Shown here: piece by piece, positions 26,134 through 36,962 of the stretch
How positions within the stretch are numbered: the first letter of the stretch is position 1
How the letters are laid out: the number at the start of each line of letters is the position of its first letter
Sequence record: OQ850289
Source: Escherichia phage vB_EcoM_ULIM3
Length of the DNA: 64,000 bases
Direction: 5' to 3' (one strand)
Program-made: the position numbers and the translations under genes
The notes under the pieces: generated by a model
What the model saw: only the letters and a program-made list of their open reading frames with translations
Told to the model about the DNA's origin: nothing
Databases searched by the model: none

Positions 26134-27174
26134 ATGGAGAAGTACACATTAACAAAACTTCCCGATTCAGTTACACATGTTTTTATTGACTCTGACAGTA
26201 TTGCCTATAAAGGTGCTTGTGTAGTTGAGAAAGCAAAATATAAATATGTCAATAAACTCACAGCAGAGGAATCTGATTCGTTTGATAATGCAAAAGATGC
26301 TGCAAGATGGTTAGCAGACCAGAGAATCCTTGTGGAAGAGCTTGGCCTGACATTTGATGAAGATGAATGGGAAAGACAGACTTGGAAAGAAGCTAAGAGT
26401 GAGAAAGAAGCTATCATGGCGACTCAACAGGTGCTTCAGGAATGGCTTAAGGTTGTTGGTAAAGAAAGAACTTGGGTGGGTTATTTAACAGAGAAAGGTG
26501 TGCATAAGCATAAAGACATTAAAGGTCTTGAGCACCAATATCAAGGTAACCGTAAAGATGCTGTCACACCAACACACTTAGTTGCTTGTCGTGAATATCT
26601 TCTGTCAAGACCAGAGTTCAAACTCTTAAGGGGTGGCTTCGAAGCCGATTCAATCGTAATTGCTAAAGCTGAAAAGATGGGTAAGAAAGCTGCTCTTATG
26701 AGTATTGACAAAGACCTTCGACAAGCTGAAGGGACTTATTGTATTGATATGACTTATGAAAAGTCACCACTGATTTTTATTGCTGACAACAATGTTGGTG
26801 ATATCTGGGATTGCCCTATCAAATCAAAACCAAAAGCTGCAAAAACAGTTGGTGTAGGTTTTAAATTCTTGTGTTATCAGGCTGTTGCTGGAGATAATGC
26901 AGACAACTACTTTGGCCTTAAAGGTGCTGGTAAAGTAGCTGTGATGAATGCTTTAGATGGTAAAGAGACCTACAAAGAGTGTCTTGATGCTATCTATGAA
27001 CTCTATGCTAAAAAAGAGTCTTACACCTATGTGTCATGGGATGGACAGACTGTTACCAAAACACCATTAGAGTTAATGGAACAACATTTCTGGGTAGCAT
27101 ATCAAGAGAGAAATCCAAAAGATAATTTCTCTTTTAAGAAATATAATTGGGAGCCGTGTATGAATGAAGATTAA
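26134..27174 (+). CDS. putative 5'-3' exonuclease / RNase H (FEN family)
   Basis: 346 aa; acidic clusters THVFIDSDSIA and FEADSIVIAKAEK...MSIDKD resemble T4 RNase H. Confidence 0.55.
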   Translation: MEKYTLTKLPDSVTHVFIDSDSIAYKGACVVEKAKYKYVNKLTAEESDSFDNAKDAARWLADQRILVEELGLTFDEDEWERQTWKEAKSEKEAIMATQQVLQEWLKVVGKERTWVGYLTEKGVHKHKDIKGLEHQYQGNRKDAVTPTHLVACREYLLSRPEFKLLRGGFEADSIVIAKAEKMGKKAALMSIDKDLRQAEGTYCIDMTYEKSPLIFIADNNVGDIWDCPIKSKPKAAKTVGVGFKFLCYQAVAGDNADNYFGLKGAGKVAVMNALDGKETYKECLDAIYELYAKKESYTYVSWDGQTVTKTPLELMEQHFWVAYQERNPKDNFSFKKYNWEPCMNED

Positions 27175-27661
27175 AGGATTTGGCAATTGCCCCACCTATG
27201 GTCATTGGGTATCTTTGTGTGGGGAAGTTGACCCCACTAAACATTTTGGCTTTGTCTATTTAGTATACTGTAAGAAAACCGGACAATATTATATCGGAAA
27301 GAAACAGCTTAATAGTGTGACCAAAAGAAAAGTTGCTGGCAAGACTCGGAAGAAGGTAGTCACTAAGGAAAGTGATTGGATGACTTATGAGACTTCTTCT
27401 GAGTATATTAAAAAAGATATTGAGAGCTTTGGAAAAGAATTTTTTGACTTTTATATTATTCAAACCTACCACACAAAAGGTGGTCTAGTTTATGGTGAAG
27501 CAAACCTTCAACATAAATTCGATGTAATGACAAAAAGGATTGACTCTAAGCTCAGACTCTTCTACAATGCCAATATTGCAGCAATTAAGTTTATTACTAA
27601 AGAAACTTATGAAGATGCTGAAAAAAGAATCCATAAGGTAATGAAAGCAAACTGTGCTTGA
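27164..27661 (+). CDS. putative GIY-YIG endonuclease
   Basis: 165 aa; motif FVYLVYCKKTGQYYIGKK (GIY..YIG). Confidence 0.55.
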   Translation: MKIKGFGNCPTYGHWVSLCGEVDPTKHFGFVYLVYCKKTGQYYIGKKQLNSVTKRKVAGKTRKKVVTKESDWMTYETSSEYIKKDIESFGKEFFDFYIIQTYHTKGGLVYGEANLQHKFDVMTKRIDSKLRLFYNANIAAIKFITKETYEDAEKRIHKVMKANCA

Positions 27662-27667
27662 TAACTA

Positions 27668-27931
27668 TTGAGAGAGAATAAAATGTTTAACAAAAGTAAA
27701 GCTGTGAGTCATGTAGCAAAAGTTGACAGCAAGATTGAAGAACTTGAGCGCATTCTTGCAAATGCCAGAGAGTCAATAATTAAAGAGGTTGAAGCTGTTG
27801 AATCTCAAATGCAGCACCTAATGCTTAAACGTCAAGAGCTACGTGAGCATCTGGAATATATTGAAACACGAGAGCTAAAGGTTAACAGATATTTTAAGGA
27901 GTCAGAATGTTTAACTCAAGAGAATCAGTAA
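27668..27931 (+). CDS. hypothetical protein
   Basis: 87 aa ORF. Confidence 0.45.
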   Translation: MRENKMFNKSKAVSHVAKVDSKIEELERILANARESIIKEVEAVESQMQHLMLKRQELREHLEYIETRELKVNRYFKESECLTQENQ

Positions 27932-28662
27932 AAAACTGGAATCTTCGTTGTGGAAACACTCAAAAGCAACCCTACAGCAATGAGTATTGGGAATCTTTGA
28001 AATCTCAATCTCTATGTATGCTTGAAGAAGCAAAAGAGCTTGTAAAAGCAATTGAAGAGAAAGACCCCATTGAGACACTGGATGCTCAGGCAGATTTGCA
28101 ATATGTTCTTGACGGTTTGATTTACCTGTCACAACATGACCATAATGGTGCTATGGAAGCTGTTTGCCATAACAATGACCTAAAATACACAGACAACTAT
28201 GAAGAAGCTTTAAAACGTCTTGCAGATATTGAGAAGCGTACTGGTCAAGAGTGTATCATCAGAATGTCAGTAGTTGATGGCAAAGAATGGTATGCAATTG
28301 TTCGTGCAGCCGATGGGAAGATTATGAAGCAATCTAATCTCCCTAAAGTTCAGCTTGGTGAATACATTGTAGAACTTGAAAGCCAAGAACTTTTTGTGGT
28401 AGTATCTGAGACATGCGTTATCTGCAAAGGTATTGTATGTAGCTTAAAGGATTTGGGTGTAGATGGTTTTGTAGAAGTTAATCCAATTACCTCTAAAGCA
28501 GATAAAGATTTCTGTAAAGAGAATGGACTATGGATTGCAGATATTGTCTACTATGATGGTGAGCAGTTCCATGTAACCTCATACCCAAAACTGAATTATG
28601 ATGCTAATAACCTGAAGTGCTGGTTAAAAGGGGTTGGTTATAATGGATTCACAGAACATTAA
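27907..28662 (+). CDS. hypothetical protein
   Basis: 251 aa ORF. Confidence 0.55.
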   Translation: MFNSRESVKNWNLRCGNTQKQPYSNEYWESLKSQSLCMLEEAKELVKAIEEKDPIETLDAQADLQYVLDGLIYLSQHDHNGAMEAVCHNNDLKYTDNYEEALKRLADIEKRTGQECIIRMSVVDGKEWYAIVRAADGKIMKQSNLPKVQLGEYIVELESQELFVVVSETCVICKGIVCSLKDLGVDGFVEVNPITSKADKDFCKENGLWIADIVYYDGEQFHVTSYPKLNYDANNLKCWLKGVGYNGFTEH

Positions 28663-28966
28663 TAAAGAAGGTGTGGCTCAGAAGAGCCACTTCTCAAACT
28701 ACAATATCTCTATGACGGTGTTTATGAATGACCCGTTACTTGAGAAGTATGGTGAGACTCCAGATACACTTCTGGATAATGAACAAGTTTTAAAAGCAGT
28801 TCTGTACAAATACGGGATTGATATTGAGAAAGAGTATTCTTTTGAAATCTGTCAACACAGGAATACTTTTGGTAAAGTTGTAATGGCTCCACTCTTCATG
28901 GGTGTAGAAAGAACTGACTATGGTTGGTTATATCTAAAAAGAAACTTGGAGAAATACCGTGTCTAA
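28634..28966 (+). CDS. hypothetical protein
   Basis: 110 aa ORF. Confidence 0.45.
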   Translation: MVIMDSQNINKEGVAQKSHFSNYNISMTVFMNDPLLEKYGETPDTLLDNEQVLKAVLYKYGIDIEKEYSFEICQHRNTFGKVVMAPLFMGVERTDYGWLYLKRNLEKYRV

Positions 28967-29291
28967 AGCAAAAAAGCTATCTTATGATGACATTATCTCA
29001 GGTGCTAAATTAGGTGTTGATAGTATCGGACAAGATGTTAAGCACGGGGACACAGTCATGTACTGTGACGACAGAAGAGGCAGAAGTGCAATCTTGTTTG
29101 GAAGAGTTGTGTGCAAGATGCGAGGTAATTACGTTGTTGAAGACATGAATGTGGATGTCACAAAACAGCTTGAAATAATTATGAATAGTAATATATCATG
29201 GTTCGTGAATTGTATGCACACCTCTTCAGTCACAAAGGTAAGTGATAAGTTTTACGATATGTGGCAGAATGAGCAAATTTTCAAGATTTAA
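28959..29291 (+). CDS. hypothetical protein
   Basis: 110 aa ORF followed by terminator. Confidence 0.5.
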   Translation: MSKAKKLSYDDIISGAKLGVDSIGQDVKHGDTVMYCDDRRGRSAILFGRVVCKMRGNYVVEDMNVDVTKQLEIIMNSNISWFVNCMHTSSVTKVSDKFYDMWQNEQIFKI

Positions 29292-29295
29292 ACTA

Positions 29296-29321
29296 GGGAG
29301 CCTCTTCGGAGGCTCTTTTCA
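29296..29321 (+). terminator. intrinsic terminator
   Basis: GGGAGCCTC-TTCG-GAGGCTC followed by TTTTC. Confidence 0.7.
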
Positions 29322-29337
29322 TCTGTAGGATTCAAAA

Positions 29338-31572
29338 ATGATTAAGACAATTAAAAAATCAAACGGTACAGTAGTAAGCTTTGACCCAGAAAGACTGAAT
29401 AAGTGGGCATCATGGGCAGATAAGCGTGGAATCATCTGGTCAGAAGTCACTATGGAAGCCATGAAACGTGTCTATGAAGGTTGCACTACAAAAGAGATGC
29501 ACCAAGCTATGATTGATGTTTGTGTTGATAAACAAACTCAAGAGTACTCAGACATGGCTGGGCGGCTACTTCTGGGGATTATCTACAAAGAAGCCTTTGG
29601 GGGCTTTACTAAGGTTCCTACGCTGATTACCTTCGTTAAAAATATGGAGAGAGCAGGACTTTGGGAGAAGATGGATTATTCACAGGAAGAGCTTGAATAC
29701 CTGCAAGGTTACATCGTGCACTCAAAAGATATCTCTTACGGTTATGCAGTCTTGAAACAGTTCAGAGACAAGTACGGCATCCGTGATATTAAAACGGGAA
29801 GACTGTTTGAGTCACCACAATTTATGTTTATGGGTATGGCTATGAAAGCCTTTGAGAAGCAACCAAAGCACCGTAGACTGCAAGATGTTATCAAGCTGTA
29901 CACTTACCTATCTGACCTGAAGATTAACGCTCCTACGCCTTATTTAAACGGTTTAAGAGCCACCAAGTCAGGCTATGCGTCATGCTGTTTGATTAAGGCA
30001 AATGATACTGCTGAATCACTTGGTATTGCTGCAAAGGTTGCTTATGATATGACTACAAAGCAAGCTGGTATTGGTATGCTGATGGAGACTCGCACTATTG
30101 GTGATGGTATCCGTCAAAATACTATTGAGCACATGGGTAAACTACCTTATTACAAGCTTGTACGTTCATCTGTAGAGGCAAACAAACAGAAGAGTCGTGG
30201 TGGTTCAGCTAATAACTTCTACACTGCTCTAGACCCGCAGATTGAAGATTTACTGCGTTTGAAGCACCCTACAACGGTTCCTTCTAAACGTATTAATGAG
30301 ATGGACTACTCATTCGGCACAAACGATTATTTCTGGCAGTGTGTTCAGTATGATACAGATTGGTTGCTATTCTCTTACAAAGATGCACCAAAACTCTATG
30401 ATATGTTCTACACAGCATCTGCTGATGAGTTTGCTATGGCAGTTGGTCACGCAGTACATTCAGGAGTTAAGCACAGACGAGTCAAGGCTCGTGAAATTGC
30501 TAAGCTGTTTATTCAACAGCGTTATGCTACAGGTCGTGTGTATCCATTCTTCACTAACAACGCAAACACACATACACCATTTAAAGAACCATTGAAGATG
30601 TCAAATCTTTGTATGGAAATTGTATTGCCAGTGTATGGTTTTGAGAAAGAGACAGACCTTTACAGAGACGATGCTGTGAAAGAGGATGGTGAGGTGGCTC
30701 TTTGCTTCCTAGCTAGTTTGGTTGCAGGGAGAATTTCAGAAGATGAATACGCTGACGTTGCTTATTATGCTCTTGCAATGGTTGACTCCGTTATTGACCT
30801 TATGGATTATCCGTATCCGTCGATGCGTAACCATGTTCAGAAGCGTCGTTCTGTTGGGATTGGCCTTACAAATGTGGCTCATTACCTTGCGAAGAACTAC
30901 GTGAACTACTCTTCACGAGCAGGTAAAACGAAACTTCATGAACTTGCAGAGATGCACTCTTACTATCTGCATGAAGCCTCGCTGAGACTTGCTAAAGAAC
31001 GTGGCGTGCCAGAGTACATGAAGTTCACTAAGTATCCTGAAGGCTGGGTTCCTCCAAAGACAGCTAACAAGAAGATTGATGAAAAGCATGATGCAAAACT
31101 ACGATATGATTGGGATGACTTAGCACAACGTATCAAAGAAAATGGTGGAATCCGAAACTCTGTATTAGAAGCTTACATGCCTAATGAGAGTTCTTCACTA
31201 GCAACTAATACGACAAATGGCTTGTACCCAATTCGTGACTTTATTTTAACTAAAAAGTCTGCAACTGGTAACGTGCTGTTTATTGTTCCAGATTATGAAG
31301 AGTTGAAGTATGTCTATGAAATTGCTTGGGGTATTGACACCTTTGACCTGATTGATTGTTATGCAATTGTTCAAAAGTTCACTGGTCAAGCTATCTCTTC
31401 AGATTTCTATGTTGACTACGCAAAAGCTAAGAAGGTATCATTGGCTCAAGCTTTGAAGTACATGATTTATGCCAACTCGGTAGGTATGAAAACCATGTAC
31501 TACCTTAACAGTCGCATTGGTGTAGGTAAATCTGCACTGCAAGATGCTTATTGCGAGGGTTGTGGTGTTTAG
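29338..31572 (+). CDS. nrdA: ribonucleotide reductase class I alpha subunit
   Basis: 744 aa; N-terminal ATP-cone-like region (VVSFDPERL), large-subunit size, immediately followed by nrdB and glutaredoxin. Confidence 0.85.
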   Translation: MIKTIKKSNGTVVSFDPERLNKWASWADKRGIIWSEVTMEAMKRVYEGCTTKEMHQAMIDVCVDKQTQEYSDMAGRLLLGIIYKEAFGGFTKVPTLITFVKNMERAGLWEKMDYSQEELEYLQGYIVHSKDISYGYAVLKQFRDKYGIRDIKTGRLFESPQFMFMGMAMKAFEKQPKHRRLQDVIKLYTYLSDLKINAPTPYLNGLRATKSGYASCCLIKANDTAESLGIAAKVAYDMTTKQAGIGMLMETRTIGDGIRQNTIEHMGKLPYYKLVRSSVEANKQKSRGGSANNFYTALDPQIEDLLRLKHPTTVPSKRINEMDYSFGTNDYFWQCVQYDTDWLLFSYKDAPKLYDMFYTASADEFAMAVGHAVHSGVKHRRVKAREIAKLFIQQRYATGRVYPFFTNNANTHTPFKEPLKMSNLCMEIVLPVYGFEKETDLYRDDAVKEDGEVALCFLASLVAGRISEDEYADVAYYALAMVDSVIDLMDYPYPSMRNHVQKRRSVGIGLTNVAHYLAKNYVNYSSRAGKTKLHELAEMHSYYLHEASLRLAKERGVPEYMKFTKYPEGWVPPKTANKKIDEKHDAKLRYDWDDLAQRIKENGGIRNSVLEAYMPNESSSLATNTTNGLYPIRDFILTKKSATGNVLFIVPDYEELKYVYEIAWGIDTFDLIDCYAIVQKFTGQAISSDFYVDYAKAKKVSLAQALKYMIYANSVGMKTMYYLNSRIGVGKSALQDAYCEGCGV

Positions 31573-31627
31573 TTTTAACAACTATGAGGGTCGTAAAAGA
31601 CCCTCTAAAAATAACTTTGGAGAGACC

Positions 31628-31885
31628 ATGAAAGATTTAATAGAAAAACATGAGCGACCAATATACTTGCTCTACAAACCCCGCAAAACATTGTACTATG
31701 TGAGCAGCACAGGTATCATGATAAAGCAGAATGATGACTTATGGGTCACTGGAGCATCTTACATCTCTACAGCAGATGGTAAAATCTACGCAAGACCTTA
31801 TGAGATGTTTAACAAAGAGAATTGGGAAGTTTTAGACAGAAAACAAGCCTTAGAAATGATAAAGAAAGGAGAAATCACGCTATGA
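31628..31885 (+). CDS. hypothetical protein
   Basis: Track ORF 31544-31885 trimmed to ATG 31628 (MKDLIEK) with GGAGAG SD. Confidence 0.4.
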   Translation: MKDLIEKHERPIYLLYKPRKTLYYVSSTGIMIKQNDDLWVTGASYISTADGKIYARPYEMFNKENWEVLDRKQALEMIKKGEITL

Positions 31886-32955
31886 TTAACCAGCACCCAA
31901 TCTTTTTAGGTGGTGAGAGAAAAACTTTTGACTCACTTAATAAGCACTACCCAAAAATCTTCGAACTTTATAAACAACAAAAAGCACAAGACTGGTCAGA
32001 AGATGAGTTCCCTTTTGAACAATCACGTCTTGATTTTGAGAGTGTCCCAGCATCAATGTCAGGTGTAATGCTTGAGATTCTTAAGTGGCAGTGGGAAGCA
32101 GACACTCAAGTTGCTAAGAGCTTGGCATTTGCCTTTGCACCCTTTATCTCTGATGACATCTATGCAACTGCAATTATGAAGCAGTCTGAGATTGAAAACC
32201 TACACGCTCTTACTTACTCAGAGATTGTAAGACAATGTATTAAAAACCCTGAAACAATCTTAGATGAGATTAACCAGAATGTTGCTGTACAAGACCGATT
32301 AAAAACTGTGAATCGTGTTCTTGAAGAATTACTGGATGAAGGTATAAACTATCGTCTGAGTTATGTGCGTGACTCACTTCTGGACAAAGACCCTTTACAC
32401 TTCCATAAAGTGATTCTAAAAGGTCTATTTGCAGTGACTGCACTTGAAGGTATTTCTTTTATGGCATCTTTTGCATGTACTTTTGCACTTGATGCTCAAG
32501 ATAAATTTCAAGGTATTGCTCAAGCTGTCCAGAAAATTATGCTTGACGAAATCCTTCACACTAAAATTGATATTGAAGTTTTAAAAGAAACTTTAAGAGA
32601 TGATGAGTGGCAAAAAGCTTTCCAACAAATTCTTCCAGAGATTAAAGTAATCTTAGATGAAGTAGTTGAAAGTGAAGAGAAATGGTCGTATTATATCTTC
32701 TCCGAAGGACGTGCTGTAGTTGGGTTAAATACAAAGCTTCTTCATGAGTGGGTTTACTATAATGCTGCCCCACTGTATGATATGTTTGGCATTCCCAGAG
32801 ATTTTGTAGCTCCTAAAGAACCACCTTTGAAGTATATGATTAAGAAGATGGAAATTGATAAAGAGCAGAATGCTAATCAGGAGCAACAGAACGGTGCGTA
32901 TTTATTGAATACTATTGTAGATGATTTGAATAGTGGATTTTTAGAGGTTCCTTAA
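31882..32955 (+). CDS. nrdB: ribonucleotide reductase class I beta subunit
   Basis: Start set to ATG 31882 with AAGGAG SD; small-subunit size, directly after nrdA. Confidence 0.8.
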   Translation: MINQHPIFLGGERKTFDSLNKHYPKIFELYKQQKAQDWSEDEFPFEQSRLDFESVPASMSGVMLEILKWQWEADTQVAKSLAFAFAPFISDDIYATAIMKQSEIENLHALTYSEIVRQCIKNPETILDEINQNVAVQDRLKTVNRVLEELLDEGINYRLSYVRDSLLDKDPLHFHKVILKGLFAVTALEGISFMASFACTFALDAQDKFQGIAQAVQKIMLDEILHTKIDIEVLKETLRDDEWQKAFQQILPEIKVILDEVVESEEKWSYYIFSEGRAVVGLNTKLLHEWVYYNAAPLYDMFGIPRDFVAPKEPPLKYMIKKMEIDKEQNANQEQQNGAYLLNTIVDDLNSGFLEVP

Positions 32956-33197
32956 TGACTTATGTAATTTACTCCAAAACTGGATGCCCTCAGTGTGAGA
33001 CTGCAAAGAATTTTGCGAAAGCTCGTGGTATTGACCATGTTGTGAGAATGTTAGGGCAGGATTATGAACTGCCAGACCTGATGGATATTGCACAGATGCC
33101 AGTTCGTCAGATGCCATTCATCATGAAAACTGACGGTCAAAACCTAAAACCTGTTGGGACGCTACAGAATTTTATGGCAGAGGTGAATAATGCTTAA
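32955..33197 (+). CDS. glutaredoxin-like protein
   Basis: 80 aa; N-terminal CPQC redox motif (YSKTGCPQCETAK). Confidence 0.75.
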   Translation: MTYVIYSKTGCPQCETAKNFAKARGIDHVVRMLGQDYELPDLMDIAQMPVRQMPFIMKTDGQNLKPVGTLQNFMAEVNNA

Positions 33198-33396
33198 ACG
33201 CATTTGGGAAGGTTTGGTTGTTGATGCACCAGCTATTGTGATTGGTATGCTGATTGTTAACCTATTTACTGACTTTGAACAAGGTTCATTGTTTGGAGCC
33301 ATGTTACTATGGGTTATCTTCGAAATATTAGAGATACAGCTAGGCATCACTGAAAAACTAAGAAAACTCGTTTCAAAGTTTTCTAAAAAGATTTAA
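33190..33396 (+). CDS. small membrane protein
   Basis: 68 aa hydrophobic ORF. Confidence 0.4.
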   Translation: MLKRIWEGLVVDAPAIVIGMLIVNLFTDFEQGSLFGAMLLWVIFEILEIQLGITEKLRKLVSKFSKKI

Positions 33397-33401
33397 AATG
33401 A

Positions 33402-33425
33402 AAGGGTCTCTTCGGAGACCTTTTT
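33402..33425 (+). terminator. intrinsic terminator
   Basis: GGGTCTC-TTCG-GAGACC followed by TTTTT. Confidence 0.7.
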
Positions 33426-33444
33426 AGCATGTAAAGGTGCAATA

Positions 33445-35589
33445 ATGAACAAAGTACAGATTATTAAAAAGAATGGCTCACTTGAAGAACCTGATATCAA
33501 AAAAGTTTTAGCAGCAGTAACTAAGTCAGCTAACAGGGTTGGATATAAAGAACTCCCACCAGATGTTACCCAAGCTCTTGAGTCAGCATTCATGAGGATT
33601 CTGGTAAAGTCCACTAAGCAGAATAATTTACTCATCTCAGTCAATGATATTCACAGCATTGTTGAGGGTGCTTTGGCAGAAGTCAATCACGAGATTTATG
33701 AGTCTTACTCAACATACAGAAATTACCGGAAAGAGGTTGCTCAAAATTGGGATGAGCTTTACCAAAAGACTAGAGACACGCTCTTCTTAGGTGACCGTGA
33801 AAACGCTAACTTTGACAGCAGTTTAATTTCTACAAAAGGTTCAATTATTCGTGGTTACCTGACTAAAGAAATCTTTAAGCAGTACCATTTAACACCAGAG
33901 GAACTTGAAGCCATTGAAAAAGGGTTTATCTACATCCATGACTTAAGAGACCTGATTTTTGGCGGCATTAACTGTTGCTTGTTTGACATTGGTAAAGTAC
34001 TGAAAGGTGGCTTTGAAATGTCTGGCATCGAATACTGTGAACCGAAGTCTGTACTGTCAGCCTTACAGGTTATTGGTGATGTAGTTCTTTCAGCAACTGC
34101 ACAGCAATTTGGCGGCTTTACTTTAGCAGAGATTGATAAGGTACTTGTACCGTATGCTAAGAAGTCTCTACGCTACCATGCTGAGAAAGCAGCATCTTAT
34201 GGTATTCCTAAAGAACATTACCATAATTATATCATGGAGCAGCTACAGATTGAATTAACTCAAGGTTTTCAGTCACTTGAAATGAAACTGAACACTGTAC
34301 CTTGCAGCCGTGGTGATTTCGCATTCACAACTTTAACATTTGGTTTACTTGACTCAGATATGTCTAATGAAGACAACCGACTACAATACATGATTGCAAG
34401 TACTCTCCTAGATGTTCGTATGAATGGACAAGGTAAGAGCAAAAAACCTGTTGTATTCCCTAAACTTGTTTATATCTACGACCAGAAGAGACATGATGAA
34501 AATATCTGTCAAGGTCACCTGTACAGTAAAGCTATTGAGTGTTGCTCTAAAGCAATGTATCCAGATTTCTTAAGTGTATCTGGTCATGGTGCTGTAGCAG
34601 AGGCTTTTGAGCGTTCTGGTAAGGTGATTTCACCGATGGGTTGCAGAGCCTTCTTATCTCCATATCTTAATGAGGATGGGGAAGAGTTCTATGTTGGTCG
34701 TGCTAACATTGGTGCTGTATCTTTGAACTTGCCAATGATTTACCAGTATTCTAAAGAGAATGGTTTAGATTTCTGGAAAGAGCTTGATAAGTACCTAGAG
34801 ATGATTCGCAGCTTCCACAAGAAACGCTACGAAATGATTGCTAATATGCCAGCAAGTTCTAACCCTCTTGCATTCACACAAGGTGGTTTGTACAAAGGTA
34901 TTAAGAAACCTACTGATAAGGTTGGTTGGGATATTGTGAAGTCCTTCACAGCTTCTTTTGGGGTTACCGCACTGGATGAGTTATCTGTTCTTGCTGAAGG
35001 TAAACGGCTGCATGAAGCTGGGAGCTATAGTTTTGCATACGATGTTCTGGCATACATTAACATGAAAACTGAAGAGTTTAAAAATGAAGATGGCTTCTTA
35101 TATGCTGTCTATGGTACTCCAGCAGAATCACTTTGTGGAACTCAGCTAAAACAGTTCAGAGAAATGTTTGGTGTTATTAAAGGCGTTTCTGACAAGGAAT
35201 ACTTTACAAACAGTTTCCATATGAATGTTACGGCAGACATCTCACCATTTGAGAAGCAGGACTTAGAAGAGCCATTCTTCCATATCTGTAGAGGTGGCAG
35301 AATCCAGTATGTAAGGGTAGCTAACCCAGAAAACTTAACAGCACTTAAAAGTTGTATTACCAGAGGGATGTTGAAGGGTTTTTATCAGGGACTTAACTTT
35401 GACTTAGCAATCTGTGAGCATTGTGGTAACAGACCAAAGGCTGATGTTGAAGAATGTGAGGTTTGCCATTCACATGATATCTCTGTGATTAACAGGGTGT
35501 GTGGGTATCTTGGGTGGACTAAGATTAAAGGCGAATCCCGAATGAACGATGCAAAAATTGCTGAGATTCGTGACAGAATCTCTATGTAA
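33445..35589 (+). CDS. nrdD: anaerobic ribonucleoside-triphosphate reductase
   Basis: 714 aa; C-terminal Cys cluster CEHCGN..CEVCH and glycyl-radical motif RVCGYLG. Confidence 0.85.
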   Translation: MNKVQIIKKNGSLEEPDIKKVLAAVTKSANRVGYKELPPDVTQALESAFMRILVKSTKQNNLLISVNDIHSIVEGALAEVNHEIYESYSTYRNYRKEVAQNWDELYQKTRDTLFLGDRENANFDSSLISTKGSIIRGYLTKEIFKQYHLTPEELEAIEKGFIYIHDLRDLIFGGINCCLFDIGKVLKGGFEMSGIEYCEPKSVLSALQVIGDVVLSATAQQFGGFTLAEIDKVLVPYAKKSLRYHAEKAASYGIPKEHYHNYIMEQLQIELTQGFQSLEMKLNTVPCSRGDFAFTTLTFGLLDSDMSNEDNRLQYMIASTLLDVRMNGQGKSKKPVVFPKLVYIYDQKRHDENICQGHLYSKAIECCSKAMYPDFLSVSGHGAVAEAFERSGKVISPMGCRAFLSPYLNEDGEEFYVGRANIGAVSLNLPMIYQYSKENGLDFWKELDKYLEMIRSFHKKRYEMIANMPASSNPLAFTQGGLYKGIKKPTDKVGWDIVKSFTASFGVTALDELSVLAEGKRLHEAGSYSFAYDVLAYINMKTEEFKNEDGFLYAVYGTPAESLCGTQLKQFREMFGVIKGVSDKEYFTNSFHMNVTADISPFEKQDLEEPFFHICRGGRIQYVRVANPENLTALKSCITRGMLKGFYQGLNFDLAICEHCGNRPKADVEECEVCHSHDISVINRVCGYLGWTKIKGESRMNDAKIAEIRDRISM

Positions 35590-35598
35590 AACTTGACA

Positions 35599-35639
35599 AG
35601 GTGATGTGGGTGTTGATAGGCTTACATCACCTTTTTTAT
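35599..35639 (+). terminator. intrinsic terminator
   Basis: AGGTGATGT-loop-ACATCACCT followed by TTTTTT. Confidence 0.6.
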
Positions 35640-35743
35640 TGGATGTTAGACATGGCAGAGAGTATTATTGGGTTGTTCATAGGTTCTGTCTTACTAGGGT
35701 TCTTTTTAGGACTCTCTTATTGTGAGTTGAGAGATAAGTTAAA

Positions 35744-35944
35744 ATGTTTAAAATACCAAAAACGTTGATATACATACTACATATTCTAGTCTTCTTCTTT
35801 GGGGTTAGTGTTATGGTATGGGGTTTCTCAGACCCACAATGGAGTTTTGCATATCATGGTCAGATGGATTTATGGTCATGCTTCAAACCATTTTTAGGGT
35901 TAGCTATAGCATTCAGTGCATTGCCAACTAAGGTGAAATTATGA
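35744..35944 (+). CDS. small membrane protein
   Basis: 66 aa, two hydrophobic segments. Confidence 0.45.
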   Translation: MFKIPKTLIYILHILVFFFGVSVMVWGFSDPQWSFAYHGQMDLWSCFKPFLGLAIAFSALPTKVKL

Positions 35945-36336
35945 TTAAGTTGAACCAAAAACAGTTAGAGTGGATTAAAGATTATGCCTCAGAGTGTGGC
36001 TCTTATGAAAAGAATCACGTAAGATACTCAACATTCCACACGACCTTTACATTGTACATTAGTGACAACGTTCTAAGTGATTCCGTAGAAGATTGTGCAG
36101 CGTTGCCTAATGAGTTGCTTGACAAATTAGTTGTAGTCACTGGAACTTGGTCTGAAGAAGACGGCCATGAATTATCTAACGATGTTGTCTTCTACAGTAT
36201 TGATAACATTATGAATCCAGAGTACATTATGTTAATGACTTGTGCACAAGACTGTGTGCCATTGCAAAACTTCATTAAAGAGCACTGTGAAGAGTTTATT
36301 ACTAAACTGGTTCCTTATCAGGTGGTATTTGAATGA
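35941..36336 (+). CDS. hypothetical protein
   Basis: 131 aa ORF. Confidence 0.5.
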   Translation: MIKLNQKQLEWIKDYASECGSYEKNHVRYSTFHTTFTLYISDNVLSDSVEDCAALPNELLDKLVVVTGTWSEEDGHELSNDVVFYSIDNIMNPEYIMLMTCAQDCVPLQNFIKEHCEEFITKLVPYQVVFE

Positions 36337-36395
36337 GTAAAACAATTCGAAGAAAAGGTTTAAATAATATTTATATGTATTGGTGAGGTAACTAG

Positions 36396-36881
36396 ATGAA
36401 TTACATGGAGATTAGGCCATTTGACACAGCTAATGGTGAAGGGGTTCGTGTAAGCCTCTTTGTAGCTGGTTGTAAGCACCACTGTGAAGGCTGCTTCAAC
36501 AGGGAGTCTTGGAAGTTTAATGCTGGTAAAGAGTTTACTTATGCAAACCTCTACGGCATCATTAAGTTAATGGATGATGAGGCCATCAGTGGGTTGTCAA
36601 TACTCGGTGGAGAACCTCTGGATGATAGAAATATTCGGGAGGTCACCAACATTTGTAAACGTATTAAAACTGTTTACCCAGAAAAGTCTATCTGGCTCTG
36701 GACAGGGTTTCAACTACACGAAAAAATTCACTTAGATGTGATGAAATATGTTGACGTGGTGATTGATGGTAAGTATGATTCATCTAAACCAACAGTCAAA
36801 CCTTATCGTGGTTCTGATAACCAAAACCTCTGGAGAAAAGAGTATGGGTGGCAAGGTGATTGTCAATGGCGAGCAGAATAA
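36396..36881 (+). CDS. nrdG: anaerobic ribonucleotide reductase activating protein (radical SAM)
   Basis: 161 aa; CKHHCEGCFN = CxxxCxxC radical-SAM cluster motif near N-terminus. Confidence 0.8.
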   Translation: MNYMEIRPFDTANGEGVRVSLFVAGCKHHCEGCFNRESWKFNAGKEFTYANLYGIIKLMDDEAISGLSILGGEPLDDRNIREVTNICKRIKTVYPEKSIWLWTGFQLHEKIHLDVMKYVDVVIDGKYDSSKPTVKPYRGSDNQNLWRKEYGWQGDCQWRAE

Positions 36882-36962
36882 ATTTAAATGTTGGTGACAG
36901 TATTGTTGGTGTCACTGAAAAGAACTTAAAACATTTTGTGAAAAGATTGAGAGAGATATGAA